DNA of 64,000 bases from Schmidtea polychroa (taxonomy: Eukaryota), in assembly GCA_044892525.1 (NCBI GenBank), contig CM097885.1, positions 1,116,001 to 1,180,000 of the forward strand, written 5' to 3'. Made by a program: the position numbers and the translations under genes. The notes under the pieces were generated by a model that searched no databases, was not told the origin of the DNA, and saw nothing but the letters and a program-made list of their open reading frames with translations. Position 1 is the stretch's first letter. The number at the start of each line of letters is the position of its first letter. This document shows, piece by piece, positions 37,209-49,156 of the stretch.

Positions 37209-38441
37209 TTAAATAACGTCATCGCTATCGATATCATATTCTCCAAAATCTTCTCCAACATCTTCAATAAATTCTTCCTTATCTTCTCCAACATTTTCAT
37301 CAAATTCATCTCCAACAATTTCTCCAACATTTTCTCCAACAATTTCTCCAACATTTTCTCCAACAATTTCTCCAACATTTTCTCCAATATTTTATTCACT
37401 TAATCTTACATGCCTATATGCAAGACTAGTATTTTTTCCCACCCAAACCCTTTTGTCATCTTTGTTAGTTAGTGCTATTTTATTATTTTTAATTGTAAAA
37501 ATTTGATGATTTTTGTTTGTTAATTTTGTTTGAGGAATCGAAAAAATTTGATTAGTTTTATAACAATCCAGGTATGACTGATGTTTTATGTCACTACCTT
37601 TCAATGTTACACCTTTAGCCTTTTTTGTTTCCTCATCACCCAACAAGCTATAACACTTGGGTCTAAGAAAAACCCATTTCTTATATTTAAGACCTTTATT
37701 CTCGTCTTTGAACTTTCCAATGACAGAATCAAGGTTCTTACTATATAAGGAATGACAACTATTGTAATTGGAAGTATGTAATAAATTATTTCGAATCATT
37801 GCAGGTAAAAGAACCTCAAGTTTACAGTTAATGACTTCGAGGAAAAAAGAGTCTGTATCACCTGTAACGATATTAATTTTATTAACAAATTGATAAGAAT
37901 CAATGAATCTTAAGCTTATTTTGTCTAAATGCGCAATCAAAGAAATAAATTTTTCAGTCGTGATTGGGATGCAACCTAAAGTCCAATTTTTAAATTTGTT
38001 TAAACCATATTTAAGAATATGGTGCATATCGTATCTCTTCAAGTTGTGAAATACGATAGGCAAAATTTTATTTATTTTCCTATTTATGTTGCATGTGCTA
38101 CAAGCTGCACCCAAGTATTTCCCAGTAAAATGATTGTGATCTCTAACCGGATCGACGATACATTTCAAACAAAGGTAACAAACAGATGCACTATAGCACT
38201 TAAAAAACTCTCGACGCAATCTAAACCTATGAACTGTTGATAAGATTTAGATCCATCAAAGTTATTTACAAGTAAACGACCAGAAGATATTGGCATGTGT
38301 CGTTTGAAATGAACATTATCGGAAGGTAAAATAGCCTCAAAATCGGCATCAGCTACAAAAGGAGGAGTTACTGTTTTCGACCAGTCAGTAAACTGTAATA
38401 ATTTATTTTGAGGGAAGGTGTAAAGAATTGTTCCTAACTGA
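37209..38441 (-). pseudogene. pPolB copy H, multiply deleted
   Basis: ORF 37392-38219 with RDHNHFTGKYLGAAC, GDTDS, GKFKDE, LRPKCYS, KAKGV, DDKR. Confidence 0.88.
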
Positions 38442-40269
38442 TTTTTTATGTGTTTAGTTAATGTTTATATGTTTTGTTATGTGTCTAGTTATTTTTATGT
38501 GTTTAGTTAATTTTTATGTGTTGTATAGTATTTGGTTGAAATAATAATATTATTATTAATCTATAAAAAAAAATTTCATTAAAAAAATTTACTTAAAAAA
38601 TTAATCCACTAAAATTTTCGTTGAAAATTATCTTAAAAAATTTTTATTAAAGATTTTCATTAAAAAATTTCAATTCTTAATTACTGACTATTATTCCAAC
38701 TTTTTGTTAATAAATTTAAAAATCTTACTTTAATTTACTTATTACTTTAATTAAAAAATTTGAAACTTAATTTACTTATTTCAGCCCATTGATTACCAAA
38801 TATATCTATTAATTTACTTTAATTCAAAATTCTTAGCCCATAATTTACTATATTTCAATTTTTAGACCCTTAATTTACTGTAATTCAATTTTTGAACCAT
38901 CATTTACTTTAATTTTAAATTTAAGAACCATAATTTACTTTAGTTTAAAAATTTGAACCTTAATTAACTAATAAAAGTTAAATTATCATTTTCAATTAAT
39001 ATTTTACAAACATAAAATTACAATATTTGAAATTCTAAATATCTCTATTAACATGTTTGCAATTAATTTTAAAAATACAAAAATTTTACAAAATTTTCAA
39101 ATTGAATATTAAATATTTTTTTAATTTGCATTTGATAATGTTTATTCTTAATAAGATTTTCCCATGAGAAAATTCATATTTGTTTAAATGCAAAACTTTA
39201 AATTTAATTCTATAAAAAAAAATTATTTTTCAAGACGTCTAAAAGCTCTAGGACAAGAAGAAAATACAGTTTAGAAAGGTAGTGAGTGAATTTCCTAATG
39301 AATTACAGAAGGGTATAGGACAAAGTTCCAGTTCTCTATTCTCAATTTATCATCAATCAGCAGCGACATTGACAAAGTTTTTCTTAAACAAGCTGCAAAT
39401 TTATATATAAAATTACATAAAAATTGTTGATAAATTGTTAAAGTTTTAATAATATATTTCGAATAATAAAAATTTCCCTTGATAAAATTCTGAATATGAA
39501 ATAAATATTAAAAATTATATTAAAATTTAAAACTGTAAAAATTTTAAATTTTATTTATAAATTTCATTTTTAAATTGTTTTATTAATCAATTTATTAGAA
39601 AATAATCTTAATGAAGCATTTTAAGTATTATTTTAGTTTTAACTAATTTTTCTAAATTTTATTTAAATTTATTTTTGTAGTCGTTTATGATATGGAGGCC
39701 TTTAAGCAGTTAGTCTTAGTTAACGTAGCTCTCTTCGCTGGTAATAATACAAATTACCTTTTACCTTGACTGCATTGATGGAGGTGCTACTCGTCATGAA
39801 CCTACCTCATGCAGTTATCAATTTGTATGCCGAATGTACTTTACCGTCGAACTTCCTGTGGCTTCGTCATAATCATTCTTATTGGTCTAACAATGTACCG
39901 CACTACGTCGATCCCTCTTATAAGGTTTCTGAATTTCAACATTTTGCTCTTATCATAGCCCATTTTTGACTACTTTGGTGACAACATCAGAGTGCCTTCT
40001 TTTATTTTTTACCTTTTTAGGATCTGACCTTCACAGTGGATACATAAAGATTTTCAGCAAAAGCCTCAGCGATATGTAATTTCATTTATTTCCATTTTCA
40101 GCGTAGATTAGACTAGTAATGTCATGTAATTCTGAACACTTCTCATGCTTTCTTTCTTTATTTTCAATTTCTAGTTTAATATTTACATCCATCATTTTTA
40201 TTTTTATTTTTATTTTTATTCTGATATTGCATTTATTATTTCTATGTAGATAGTTTAATACCTAAATCG

Positions 40270-40507
40270 GTATTCCTTACTAAATCGAAAGGTTTAAGCG
40301 GTCCTTATACATGCATCCTACTGATCCCAGTTGGTGTATAAAATAAACTGCATTGATGAAGGTTCGAACCGTCATCGTTTTCTCTCTTGCAGTCAGTCAT
40401 TTGTGTGGACCTTTTCTTTGTCTTTTTTGCCAGATCCTCTATCTCAGTGGTAGATAGGCCAATAATCCTTAGTATTGTGTATATTTATCCCAATACCCTA
40501 AGGTACC
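40270..40507 (-). pseudogene. Old divergent R2-like fragment interrupted by the Gypsy element (continues 46375-46665)
   Basis: Nucleotide similarity to 49730-49930 on the left and 49960-50090 / 57730-57810 on the right. Confidence 0.65.
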
Positions 40508-41065
40508 TGTAATGTACAGTTATTTTTGTTAATATTTTAGTATTCACAATTAGGAATTGTGTATACTAAGATATAAAATACAACCATCTGGGAAATCCAG
40601 ATTTGTAATAAAAAACTATATAGCGATAATTTACTATAGTAAATTATCGCTATAGTAAATGACAAAAAAATTGAAAATAAAAAATCAATGACGAATAGAA
40701 TATGGAAACGATAATTTGTTTTGAGAACTGAAAATTCATTTCTTTACCAAAGACTTTTAAGTAGAATTTATGGTATAGAAAAATCAAAGAAAACATTTGG
40801 AAGTATAATTCTCGAATATCAAAGACAGATACAAGGTTTTAATTTTTTGTTGTAATAAATTTTTAAAGTTGTAACGTTTATTATTGTTTTACATTATATC
40901 TATAACTTTATATTGTTTGTAAATTTTATATATTGAACATAACACGCACCCCGATTGTCCCGCTACAAGTTTTAACGGTGACTCTTTCGGGCTCTTCAAA
41001 TTCTCCTCCAGAATAACATAAGTTAACAATAATTAACAATAATAACAACTATAACCTCCATAACA
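40508..41065 (+). repeat. 5' LTR
   Basis: TGTAATG..TAACA; no differences from the 3' LTR seen by eye. Confidence 0.97.
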
Positions 41066-41067
41066 AC

Positions 41068-41079
41068 TGGTGTCAGAAG
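41068..41079 (+). other. Primer-binding site TGGTGTCAGAAG (tRNA-Leu type)
   Basis: 2 nt after the LTR, begins TGG, complementary to a tRNA-Leu 3' end. Confidence 0.8.
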
Positions 41080-41257
41080 AAAAAATATATACAACACACG
41101 CATTCTACGTTTTCTTTCAATCACGAAACCTTTCAGTATAGTTATTATAGAACTATAAAGGCTAGTGACACTGTTGGCCGAACACAGTAGGCCATATCCT
41201 TCAAACAAACCACAATTTTTTTCGCACAACAAGCAATAAAAAATAACAAAACAATTA

Positions 41258-42433
41258 ATGGCATCAAATCAAACAAATCCAATAAATATTCCACAAACAC
41301 CCAACAACTACGATAATACTCAAACTTCAGAAAACACCAATTACTACTACAACCCAAACACCAACCCAGAAAACACACATACCATTAATTCAATAATCAA
41401 CCCAAAAACAAATATCCCCAACTATTTCACAGATGACAACGGAACACCGCAAAAATGGTTAGAATTCGCGAAACTAACCTTGACACTATCGGGAGTCAAA
41501 TCAACAAAATCCCTATGCTCCAACATAATAGCAGCACTACCAAGTAACAAATTAAACGAAATCGCCGACCAAATTGATGAAATATCGAAAGACGATGACC
41601 CTTTTACAAAACTGTGTAACATATTGACCAACAAAAACAAAGTCAACAGAAGGCAAATGCTAGAGTCATGCCTCAACAACACACAGTTAGGGGACAACAA
41701 GCCCACAGATTTCCTACGACAGTTAAAACAAAAACTGGAATATCTACAACCAAACATAACAAACTCCGGTTCCAACGAATTGGTGAAAGAATTCTTCATG
41801 CGCGCTATGCCACCGGAAATTAGACGAATCCTAGCTGCTAGCAGTAACGCTGACGTCGAAACACTCGCTGACATAGCGGATAAAATAAACGAAGAAATCT
41901 ACCCCACAATCTGCAGTACCCAAAACTACAACAGAAATAAAACTAATCACAACACCCAATCAACCAACAAAAACACAGAACCAAATGAAACAACAAACCG
42001 ATTAATAAACACTTTGATCAGCAAATTCGACGAAATAATTGTCGAAAACAGACAAATAAAAGCGGAACTAGCCGAAATAAAAGAGAAATACAACAGGCAA
42101 AATTTCAATCCAAACGAAAACAGAGACCTATTCAACAGAAACAATTTCAACACAGACCAACTATCATACAATCATAACAGACAAAACTACGACCGACCAC
42201 CCAACGAAAACAATAGACAGAACTACAGCCACAGACAATCCCCAAACGGTCACGACAGAAACCGGTCAAACTCACCAAATCGATACAACAATTACCGAAA
42301 TAGCAGCCCAGAAAGAAATTCAAGAAAAGATTTCCTAAACAAAAACCACTGCTACTTTCATAACAAATTCGGCGACAAAGCATATAAATGCATAAAACCC
42401 TGCGAATTCCACAAAACAGAGCAGGAAAACTAA
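41258..42433 (+). CDS. gag: Gag
   Basis: LGDNKPTDFLRQL, ADKI, C-terminal CYFHNKFGDKAYKCIKPC knuckle. Confidence 0.93.
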   Translation: MASNQTNPINIPQTPNNYDNTQTSENTNYYYNPNTNPENTHTINSIINPKTNIPNYFTDDNGTPQKWLEFAKLTLTLSGVKSTKSLCSNIIAALPSNKLNEIADQIDEISKDDDPFTKLCNILTNKNKVNRRQMLESCLNNTQLGDNKPTDFLRQLKQKLEYLQPNITNSGSNELVKEFFMRAMPPEIRRILAASSNADVETLADIADKINEEIYPTICSTQNYNRNKTNHNTQSTNKNTEPNETTNRLINTLISKFDEIIVENRQIKAELAEIKEKYNRQNFNPNENRDLFNRNNFNTDQLSYNHNRQNYDRPPNENNRQNYSHRQSPNGHDRNRSNSPNRYNNYRNSSPERNSRKDFLNKNHCYFHNKFGDKAYKCIKPCEFHKTEQEN

Positions 42434-45400
42434 AAATGTCACCATTGATAGCACCCACATTTGGTGACAACAATAATACTTTCACGGTGCGTTCAAACAA
42501 TACAGATTTTCTAATCGACACAGGTTCTGTGATCTCCCTATTACCACACTACTTATACAAAAATACAAAAACTACAGAAAAGTCACTAACCGCTGCCAAT
42601 GGCTCCAAAATTAAAACATTTGGCCAATATACAATAACACTCACAATAAATTCAAAAAAATACAGTTGGCCATTCACAATCGCAGAAGTACAACAGTCAA
42701 TAATCGGGGCCGATTTCTTAGCAAATTACAACCTAATAGTGGACTGTCGAAACAAGAAAATAGTCGAAAACAACAAAACAGACAAAGAAACAGCCAGGAA
42801 CACAACATCAAACTTTTCGAAAGTAGACATCGGCGTGATTCAAACAAGTACACCAACTATCAAAACAATTAAAACTATTGAACACGTACCAGAAATAGTC
42901 ACACTACTGGCAAAATACGATAAACTCTGCGAACCAGTAACTTTCGATGGAAATTCAAACCACACTACTGAACACGCAATACTGACAAACGGAAACCCAG
43001 TCCACTCAAAAGTAAGACCACTGGATCCAAAAAAAATAGAAATCACAAAAAATATATTTAACGAACTGTTGGAAAATAATATAGTAAAACATTCAAACTC
43101 AGAATGGTCTTCAGCACTGATGCTAAAACAAAAAGCTAACGGGGAATGGAGAGCTTGTGGCGATTACAGACTCCTGAACAAAATAACAGAGCCCGACAGC
43201 TATCCATTACCGATAATAAAAGACATAATAAATCGACTAAATGGCGCAAAATATTTTTCAAAAATTGACCTACAAAAAGCATATCATCAGATCCCAATTA
43301 GAAAAGAGGACATAAAAAAGACAGCAATAACAACACCGATCGGCATGTTCGAATACAACCGAATGCCTTTCGGTCTACGAAATGCCGCAGCAACTTTCCA
43401 ACGATTCATGGATCAAACAATGAAAAACAACAAAAACACAATCGCTTATCTGGACGACATCCTAATAACAAGCCCAGACAAAGAAACACATCTAAAGGAC
43501 GTGGAAAAAGTGTTCAAAACGCTGGACAATGCAAAACTAAAAATAAACACTCAAAAGTGCGAATTTATGAAAACGGAAATAAATTTCCTTGGTCACACGC
43601 TAAACGACAAAGGAACACAACCAATAGAAAACAAAATAAACAATATAAAAAACTACAAACTGCCGACAAACACAAGAGAGTTGAGGAGATTTCTAGGAAT
43701 GGTAAACTTTTATCATTCTTACATCCCAAATTGCAGCAACCTACTGGCACCACTAAACGACATTATCAAAACCAAACGAAACGTAACAATAAACTGGACA
43801 CAACAAACAACCGACACATTCAATAAAGCCAAAGAAAGCCTATCAACGGCAACACTACTCGGTTACCCAGATCCAGAACTAGAGTATCAACTAACTACAG
43901 ACTGTTCTGGTTTTGCAATGGGCGCAACAATTTTCCAGGAAAATAAATTCGGCAAACAACCACTGGGATTTTTCTCGAAAAAACTAAAATCACATCAAAC
44001 AAGATACTCAACATTTGACAGAGAACTCCTAGCAATACACGAAGCAATCAAACACTTTCAACATTTACTCGAAGGACGAACCTTCAAAATATTCACAGAC
44101 CACAAACCGCTAACAAACGCAATAGAAATGAAAAACCCTTCACCAAGGCAGATCAGACAAATCAATTTCATTTCACAATTCAACTGCACAATAAACTACG
44201 TAGCAGGAAAATCAAACATAGCAGCAGATGCTCTATCCAGAATTGAAAGTGACATAAACGCCCTAGAATTCGGAGAAATAATTGAATTGGATCAAATCAA
44301 ATCCAGACAAACCGATACATTAAGCAAACTGCCTACTAAACACAGCCTGAAACTACAGGAACTCGACGGAATATGGCACGATGTCTCCAACGAAAGCAAC
44401 AAACGAATCCTACTACCCGAAGAACTCCGACAAGACTGCATAAAAAAGATACATACTATCAATCATCCCGGAAACAAAATAACATTCGAGTTAATACATA
44501 ACAAATATGTATGGCCTCACATGCGGGAAGACATCAAGAATTACGTCAAAAGTTGCCACAGCTGCCAATTAAATAAAACAACAAAAAAACCCAAAACACA
44601 AAAAGTAAACTTCCCAAGCAGTGAAGCGTTTGAAACAATACACACAGACGTAGTAGGACCACTACCACCAAACGACAACTACAAATATCTACTAACAATT
44701 ATAGACAGAAAAACCAATTGGTTCGAAGCGATCCCAATAAAAGAAATCACAGCAAAAAATATCTGCGAAATGATCGAACTAAACTGGATAGCTCGTTACG
44801 GCCAACCGAAAACAATCATAACTGATCAAGGCAGACAATTCGAATCAGAAATGTTCAAAATACTGTGCAATAAATACAATATGAAAAGAAATCGAACAAC
44901 AGCTTACAACCCACAATCAAATGGGAAAATCGAACGGTTTCACAGAACATTAAAAGAAAGTATCAGGACAAAAGCCAATGACCAAAACTGGTTAAACCAA
45001 CTTCCAACAATATTAATCGGACTAAGAAATAGCCCAAATTCAACAGATAATGAAAGTCCAGCATACAAAGTTTTCGGAAAAGCAACAAACTTGCCATCAC
45101 TTAAATCAGATACAAACAAAAACACCGAAAACAGCAAACAAATAACAAACAAAAATAGCGAAACCACCGAACAGAAACCAAAAGGAATTTTAAAAAGAAG
45201 ACCGGACTCCGAATTAGACGGAAAAATAGTATTAACAACAGATTTCATCCTAATAAAAAAACCATTCACAAAAGGATTCGAATCCAAATACGAGGGTCCA
45301 TTCAAACTCCTAGAAATTAACAAAAACGTCGCCACAATAATCAAAAACCACAACAAAATGAAAATAAACATAAGACGAATAAAACCCTATCACCAAAACA

Positions 45401-45573
45401 AAAACCCACAAAACAACTCACCGCAAGACAAAACACAAACCCAAACACAAACAAAAAAACAACCAATTCAGAAAAACATCACATTCAACCACAAAAATTC
45501 AATCAAAATATTCGACAAAGACACAATACTGGCTCCACTATACAAAAAACGTTACAGCGAATGCTTTAAATAA
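42388..45573 (+). CDS. pol: Pol (protease, RT, RNase H, integrase), -1 frame relative to gag
   Basis: LIDTGS, DYRLLN, MPFGL, YLDD, RELLAI, TDHKPL, HHCC, TDQGRQF, NGKIERFHR. Confidence 0.97.
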   Translation: MHKTLRIPQNRAGKLKMSPLIAPTFGDNNNTFTVRSNNTDFLIDTGSVISLLPHYLYKNTKTTEKSLTAANGSKIKTFGQYTITLTINSKKYSWPFTIAEVQQSIIGADFLANYNLIVDCRNKKIVENNKTDKETARNTTSNFSKVDIGVIQTSTPTIKTIKTIEHVPEIVTLLAKYDKLCEPVTFDGNSNHTTEHAILTNGNPVHSKVRPLDPKKIEITKNIFNELLENNIVKHSNSEWSSALMLKQKANGEWRACGDYRLLNKITEPDSYPLPIIKDIINRLNGAKYFSKIDLQKAYHQIPIRKEDIKKTAITTPIGMFEYNRMPFGLRNAAATFQRFMDQTMKNNKNTIAYLDDILITSPDKETHLKDVEKVFKTLDNAKLKINTQKCEFMKTEINFLGHTLNDKGTQPIENKINNIKNYKLPTNTRELRRFLGMVNFYHSYIPNCSNLLAPLNDIIKTKRNVTINWTQQTTDTFNKAKESLSTATLLGYPDPELEYQLTTDCSGFAMGATIFQENKFGKQPLGFFSKKLKSHQTRYSTFDRELLAIHEAIKHFQHLLEGRTFKIFTDHKPLTNAIEMKNPSPRQIRQINFISQFNCTINYVAGKSNIAADALSRIESDINALEFGEIIELDQIKSRQTDTLSKLPTKHSLKLQELDGIWHDVSNESNKRILLPEELRQDCIKKIHTINHPGNKITFELIHNKYVWPHMREDIKNYVKSCHSCQLNKTTKKPKTQKVNFPSSEAFETIHTDVVGPLPPNDNYKYLLTIIDRKTNWFEAIPIKEITAKNICEMIELNWIARYGQPKTIITDQGRQFESEMFKILCNKYNMKRNRTTAYNPQSNGKIERFHRTLKESIRTKANDQNWLNQLPTILIGLRNSPNSTDNESPAYKVFGKATNLPSLKSDTNKNTENSKQITNKNSETTEQKPKGILKRRPDSELDGKIVLTTDFILIKKPFTKGFESKYEGPFKLLEINKNVATIIKNHNKMKINIRRIKPYHQNKNPQNNSPQDKTQTQTQTKKQPIQKNITFNHKNSIKIFDKDTILAPLYKKRYSECFK

Positions 45574-45802
45574 AAACACAAACATACACAAACAAACACA
45601 CGCACAAACAGCGTTAATTGTACAGTTTTTATTTTTCTTGTAAATACAAAACAAAATGTAAATTTTTAATTTTATTGAAGTTGTAGATACAAAGAAACAG
45701 AAACAAAATACACAAAAACATATAAAACATACGAAAAAAAAAGGTTATTGAATGTAATTTTTTTACGTTACTTTTTATTGATTCATGTTAACCTCCGGTT
45801 TT

Positions 45803-45813
45803 AAAGGGGGAAG
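45803..45813 (+). other. Polypurine tract
   Basis: AAAGGGGGAAG just upstream of the 3' LTR. Confidence 0.85.
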
Positions 45814-45816
45814 TTA

Positions 45817-46374
45817 TGTAATGTACAGTTATTTTTGTTAATATTTTAGTATTCACAATTAGGAATTGTGTATACTAAGATATAAAATACAACCATCTGG
45901 GAAATCCAGATTTGTAATAAAAAACTATATAGCGATAATTTACTATAGTAAATTATCGCTATAGTAAATGACAAAAAAATTGAAAATAAAAAATCAATGA
46001 CGAATAGAATATGGAAACGATAATTTGTTTTGAGAACTGAAAATTCATTTCTTTACCAAAGACTTTTAAGTAGAATTTATGGTATAGAAAAATCAAAGAA
46101 AACATTTGGAAGTATAATTCTCGAATATCAAAGACAGATACAAGGTTTTAATTTTTTGTTGTAATAAATTTTTAAAGTTGTAACGTTTATTATTGTTTTA
46201 CATTATATCTATAACTTTATATTGTTTGTAAATTTTATATATTGAACATAACACGCACCCCGATTGTCCCGCTACAAGTTTTAACGGTGACTCTTTCGGG
46301 CTCTTCAAATTCTCCTCCAGAATAACATAAGTTAACAATAATTAACAATAATAACAACTATAACCTCCATAACA
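45817..46374 (+). repeat. 3' LTR
   Basis: Matches 40508-41065. Confidence 0.97.
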
Positions 46375-46669
46375 GTACCTATTACAAGGACATGTAACGT
46401 GTGTGGTCGTTTATGGAGGTGTCCGATTTCCACTTGTTGTTCCACCGATTGTTCCACTTTACCAACTGTGCTTTAACAGCTTCGTACTCAGCCAGTGAGC
46501 TTATCCTTTCATCCCTGCACTCTTCAATTCGTCAATTCGCCTATCACGCTTCGCAAGTAGAACTTCTGCTACTTGTTTGAATCCTTTCTGTGCATTCGGA
46601 CCCCAACGGCAACTACTTACTCTTGCCGCTAGTATCTTTTTAAGTGTCCTAGTTAATACTGAGCACGCT

Positions 46670-48900
46670 CTTCCTCTATTTTTGAAGGCTTTCTTAAATC
46701 GGCATCCAAGCTAGTTCGCTGGTCATGTTTTCGGTTATTGGGAGTCATTTCCTAATATTTTTGATTTCAAGCTTTGGCTGGGTGCTTTGTTTTGCCTGTG
46801 TTTTAATAGAATGGGAATAGGTACCTTTTCTCGGAGAGATGCTTTTTCAGGAATGGTGATGTTGAAGTGATGGACTCCTTCTCCTGGTAGTATTCCTCAC
46901 TATATCTGCGTATGTTTTTGATGTAGCTTCTTTTGCATTCATTTTGTTTTCGTCTAAGTACCTAATGATATAGATAAATATTGGAACTGGGGCATAATTT
47001 ATTCATAATCCGAAGGCTTCAATGGTTATACGTCAGCTGCCTCCTGGCTTCTCTGATAAAGTTCTCTTTTTCTCCTTGGAATTTCTGCGCAGTGCTAGGA
47101 ATCTTATATGGGAGTGATTCTCCTAAGCACTGGTAAACGGCGGGAGTTATATTGTAACGATTGTCATTGAATTCTGAGGAGGCATTCCAAACAGATCGGG
47201 AAAGATTTCGCAGATATAGTAAAAAAAAAAATCAAATTTTATTTTATGTAATTCACGAGCCACATGGCCAAGAAGGGGAGATCGATTCTCACCCTTATGA
47301 AATCTACAGCTTTTATTCCAATAGTCCATGGATACCAGAGTTATCCTCCTGCAGCAGAATTATCTTTTTCATTTTCCTTAACTTTTAATTTTTCTATTTC
47401 TTTAACCTTTTTATAGAAAACTTTATTATCCTTTTCTATATTTGAAAATTTTACATTATTAAAAGCGAAAATATCATTAATACCGCAATTTTGATTATTA
47501 ATTACCGTTATTTTAGCTTTCGGATAATTTTGAAATAATAAATATGGCATTTTCATGCTTTTCCTTGTCATCGGGCGAGATTTTTTTCCAATCGGCCAGT
47601 GTGATTCCATCAAGTCCTGGAGCAGTGTTTTGGAGTTGTGAGAAGATTTATTATTTAGGATCTTCGTTATCTCCTCTTTAGGTTTTGTTTTATATTTGAA
47701 TCTTTTAATACAAAGCAGTTCATTTTAAGTCCAGGTTTTTTTATGGACAATGTCTGCTGGTTTTTTAATTTTCTTTTTTTTCCATTTCATTAAGGGCTGT
47801 TTCACGGTCCATATTGTCGTTATTTAAATTAGTTATTAAACCTTTAATAAGTGGGAGGTATTTTTTAATATTATCGTCAGGTATTTTGTAGGTAAAATAG
47901 TTTTCCTCAACAGTTCTGATATTTTTTTGCATAATAGTAATTTTAGGAATGGTTAGTTTAGTATTCTTTATCAGGCATTGGATGAGGTGGCACACAAAAA
48001 AGGCAACTGGGATATTCATATTTTGTGAGTGTAATTGCGAGTGGTGAAACGATTTTTTGCAGATCAAGAATGGTATTCAGTATGCTATAAGCGAGAGATA
48101 AGTGTATGGAGTGGCTATCGTCAAGTAAAGAATCTATTATAACAGCTAATTGTCTCCGCTTATCAAGATAAAAGAAAAACCAGTTGTCTTTGCCATTTGA
48201 CATTGGCATAATAATTTCGTTCCACTCTGCGAAGTCTTTGAAGGGGAAGGAGGAGAAGAAGGTTTTGTAATTATGCTGGATTAGAAAGTTATCAACATAA
48301 GGGTCAACAAACATGGTAGATTTTTTCATGGCGAAAGAGTAAACGAAGCTGATTCCTTATCCACCTTATTACAAGCAATCATTTGGTATTTCTCTACTAT
48401 AGTTAAAATCAAAACCATTTAGACATTCTTCATCTGATGAAGTTTGTTTCCCATCCTTTGTGTTTCAAGGTTATCTGCAATCACGTCCTGGGTGTTTAAT
48501 ACATTATTCATAATATTATAGTCATAATACTATTGTTAGTATTTGGTGGTATTGGGTGGCGTTGAGCTATATGATTGATAATGCCATCTATTGGGACCCA
48601 GCTCCTACATGCACAGTATATATCGGCATTTTTAACAATAATTCCATTTCTATGTTTTTTTGACATGTGCTCCCATACATATGCCAATGAAGTGTCCCAA
48701 TTCCACGTCGTAAAGCATTTTTTGTAGTTCTTATTGTGGCTATTACATGTGAGGTGATTATTTTTGTCGATTTTAATAAATATCATTTTGAGGGTATCTT
48801 TATCATTTTGTATTTCATGCACATATTGTTCGACATATGCATTGACAATACAGAAAATGTAAATACAAATAATGTATATAGTAATAATATTTATCAATTA
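46670..48900 (-). mobile_element. Fragments of NeSL-like elements (N-terminal homolog, Cys/His region, degenerate Ulp1-like domain); no RT
   Basis: ORF 47958-48329 homologous to ~1480-1690 and ~53550-53700; 47085-47146 homologous to 56625-56687. Confidence 0.6.
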
Positions 48901-49079
48901 ATAACAAAATTACGGTTTATGAAGTAGGGGGACTCGATCTTGTCTGTCTCCGCCAGTTAATCAGGCTTGACACGTAAATCTGGATAGGGGCTTCAAGCGG
49001 CTCACAAACACTGTGCGTTTTTCGCCGGAGTTATATTGCCTAACCCTACGGCGAGGCATCCTAAATAACTACCAGATAA

Positions 49080-49156
49080 AGGGACTTTTATTCCCTACTA
49101 CAAGGGACTTTTATTCCCTACTACAAGGGACTTTTATTCCCTACTACAAGGGACTT
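49080..49156. repeat. 23-bp tandem repeat AGGGACTTTTATTCCCTACTACA x3 in the R2-like 3' UTR
   Basis: Directly visible. Confidence 0.9.

Larger units (their letters stand above)
34014..38540. mobile_element. 4.5-kb defective pPolB unit bounded by ~100-bp inverted repeats
   Basis: 34014-34112 is the reverse complement of 38442-38540; encloses copies G and H. Confidence 0.75.
40508..46374 (+). mobile_element. Full-length Ty3/Gypsy LTR retrotransposon
   Basis: 558-bp TG..CA LTRs, GTACC TSD (40503-40507, 46375-46379), PBS, PPT, gag + PR-RT-RH-IN order. Confidence 0.97.

Noticed and set aside
8000..38540. Capsid, packaging ATPase, adenain or integrase genes for the Polinton-like element
   Set aside because: No ORF or motif (Walker A, DDE, jelly-roll-sized ORF) recognisable, so virion formation cannot be claimed from this window
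40340..40380. GGTTCGAACC B-box-like motif
   Set aside because: Explained as diverged R2-like coding sequence (matches ~49800-49830)
47100..47110. AATCTTATATG resembling the 3' end of a flatworm spliced-leader exon
   Set aside because: Aligns as part of the NeSL-like coding homolog of 56625-56687; no SL RNA features follow
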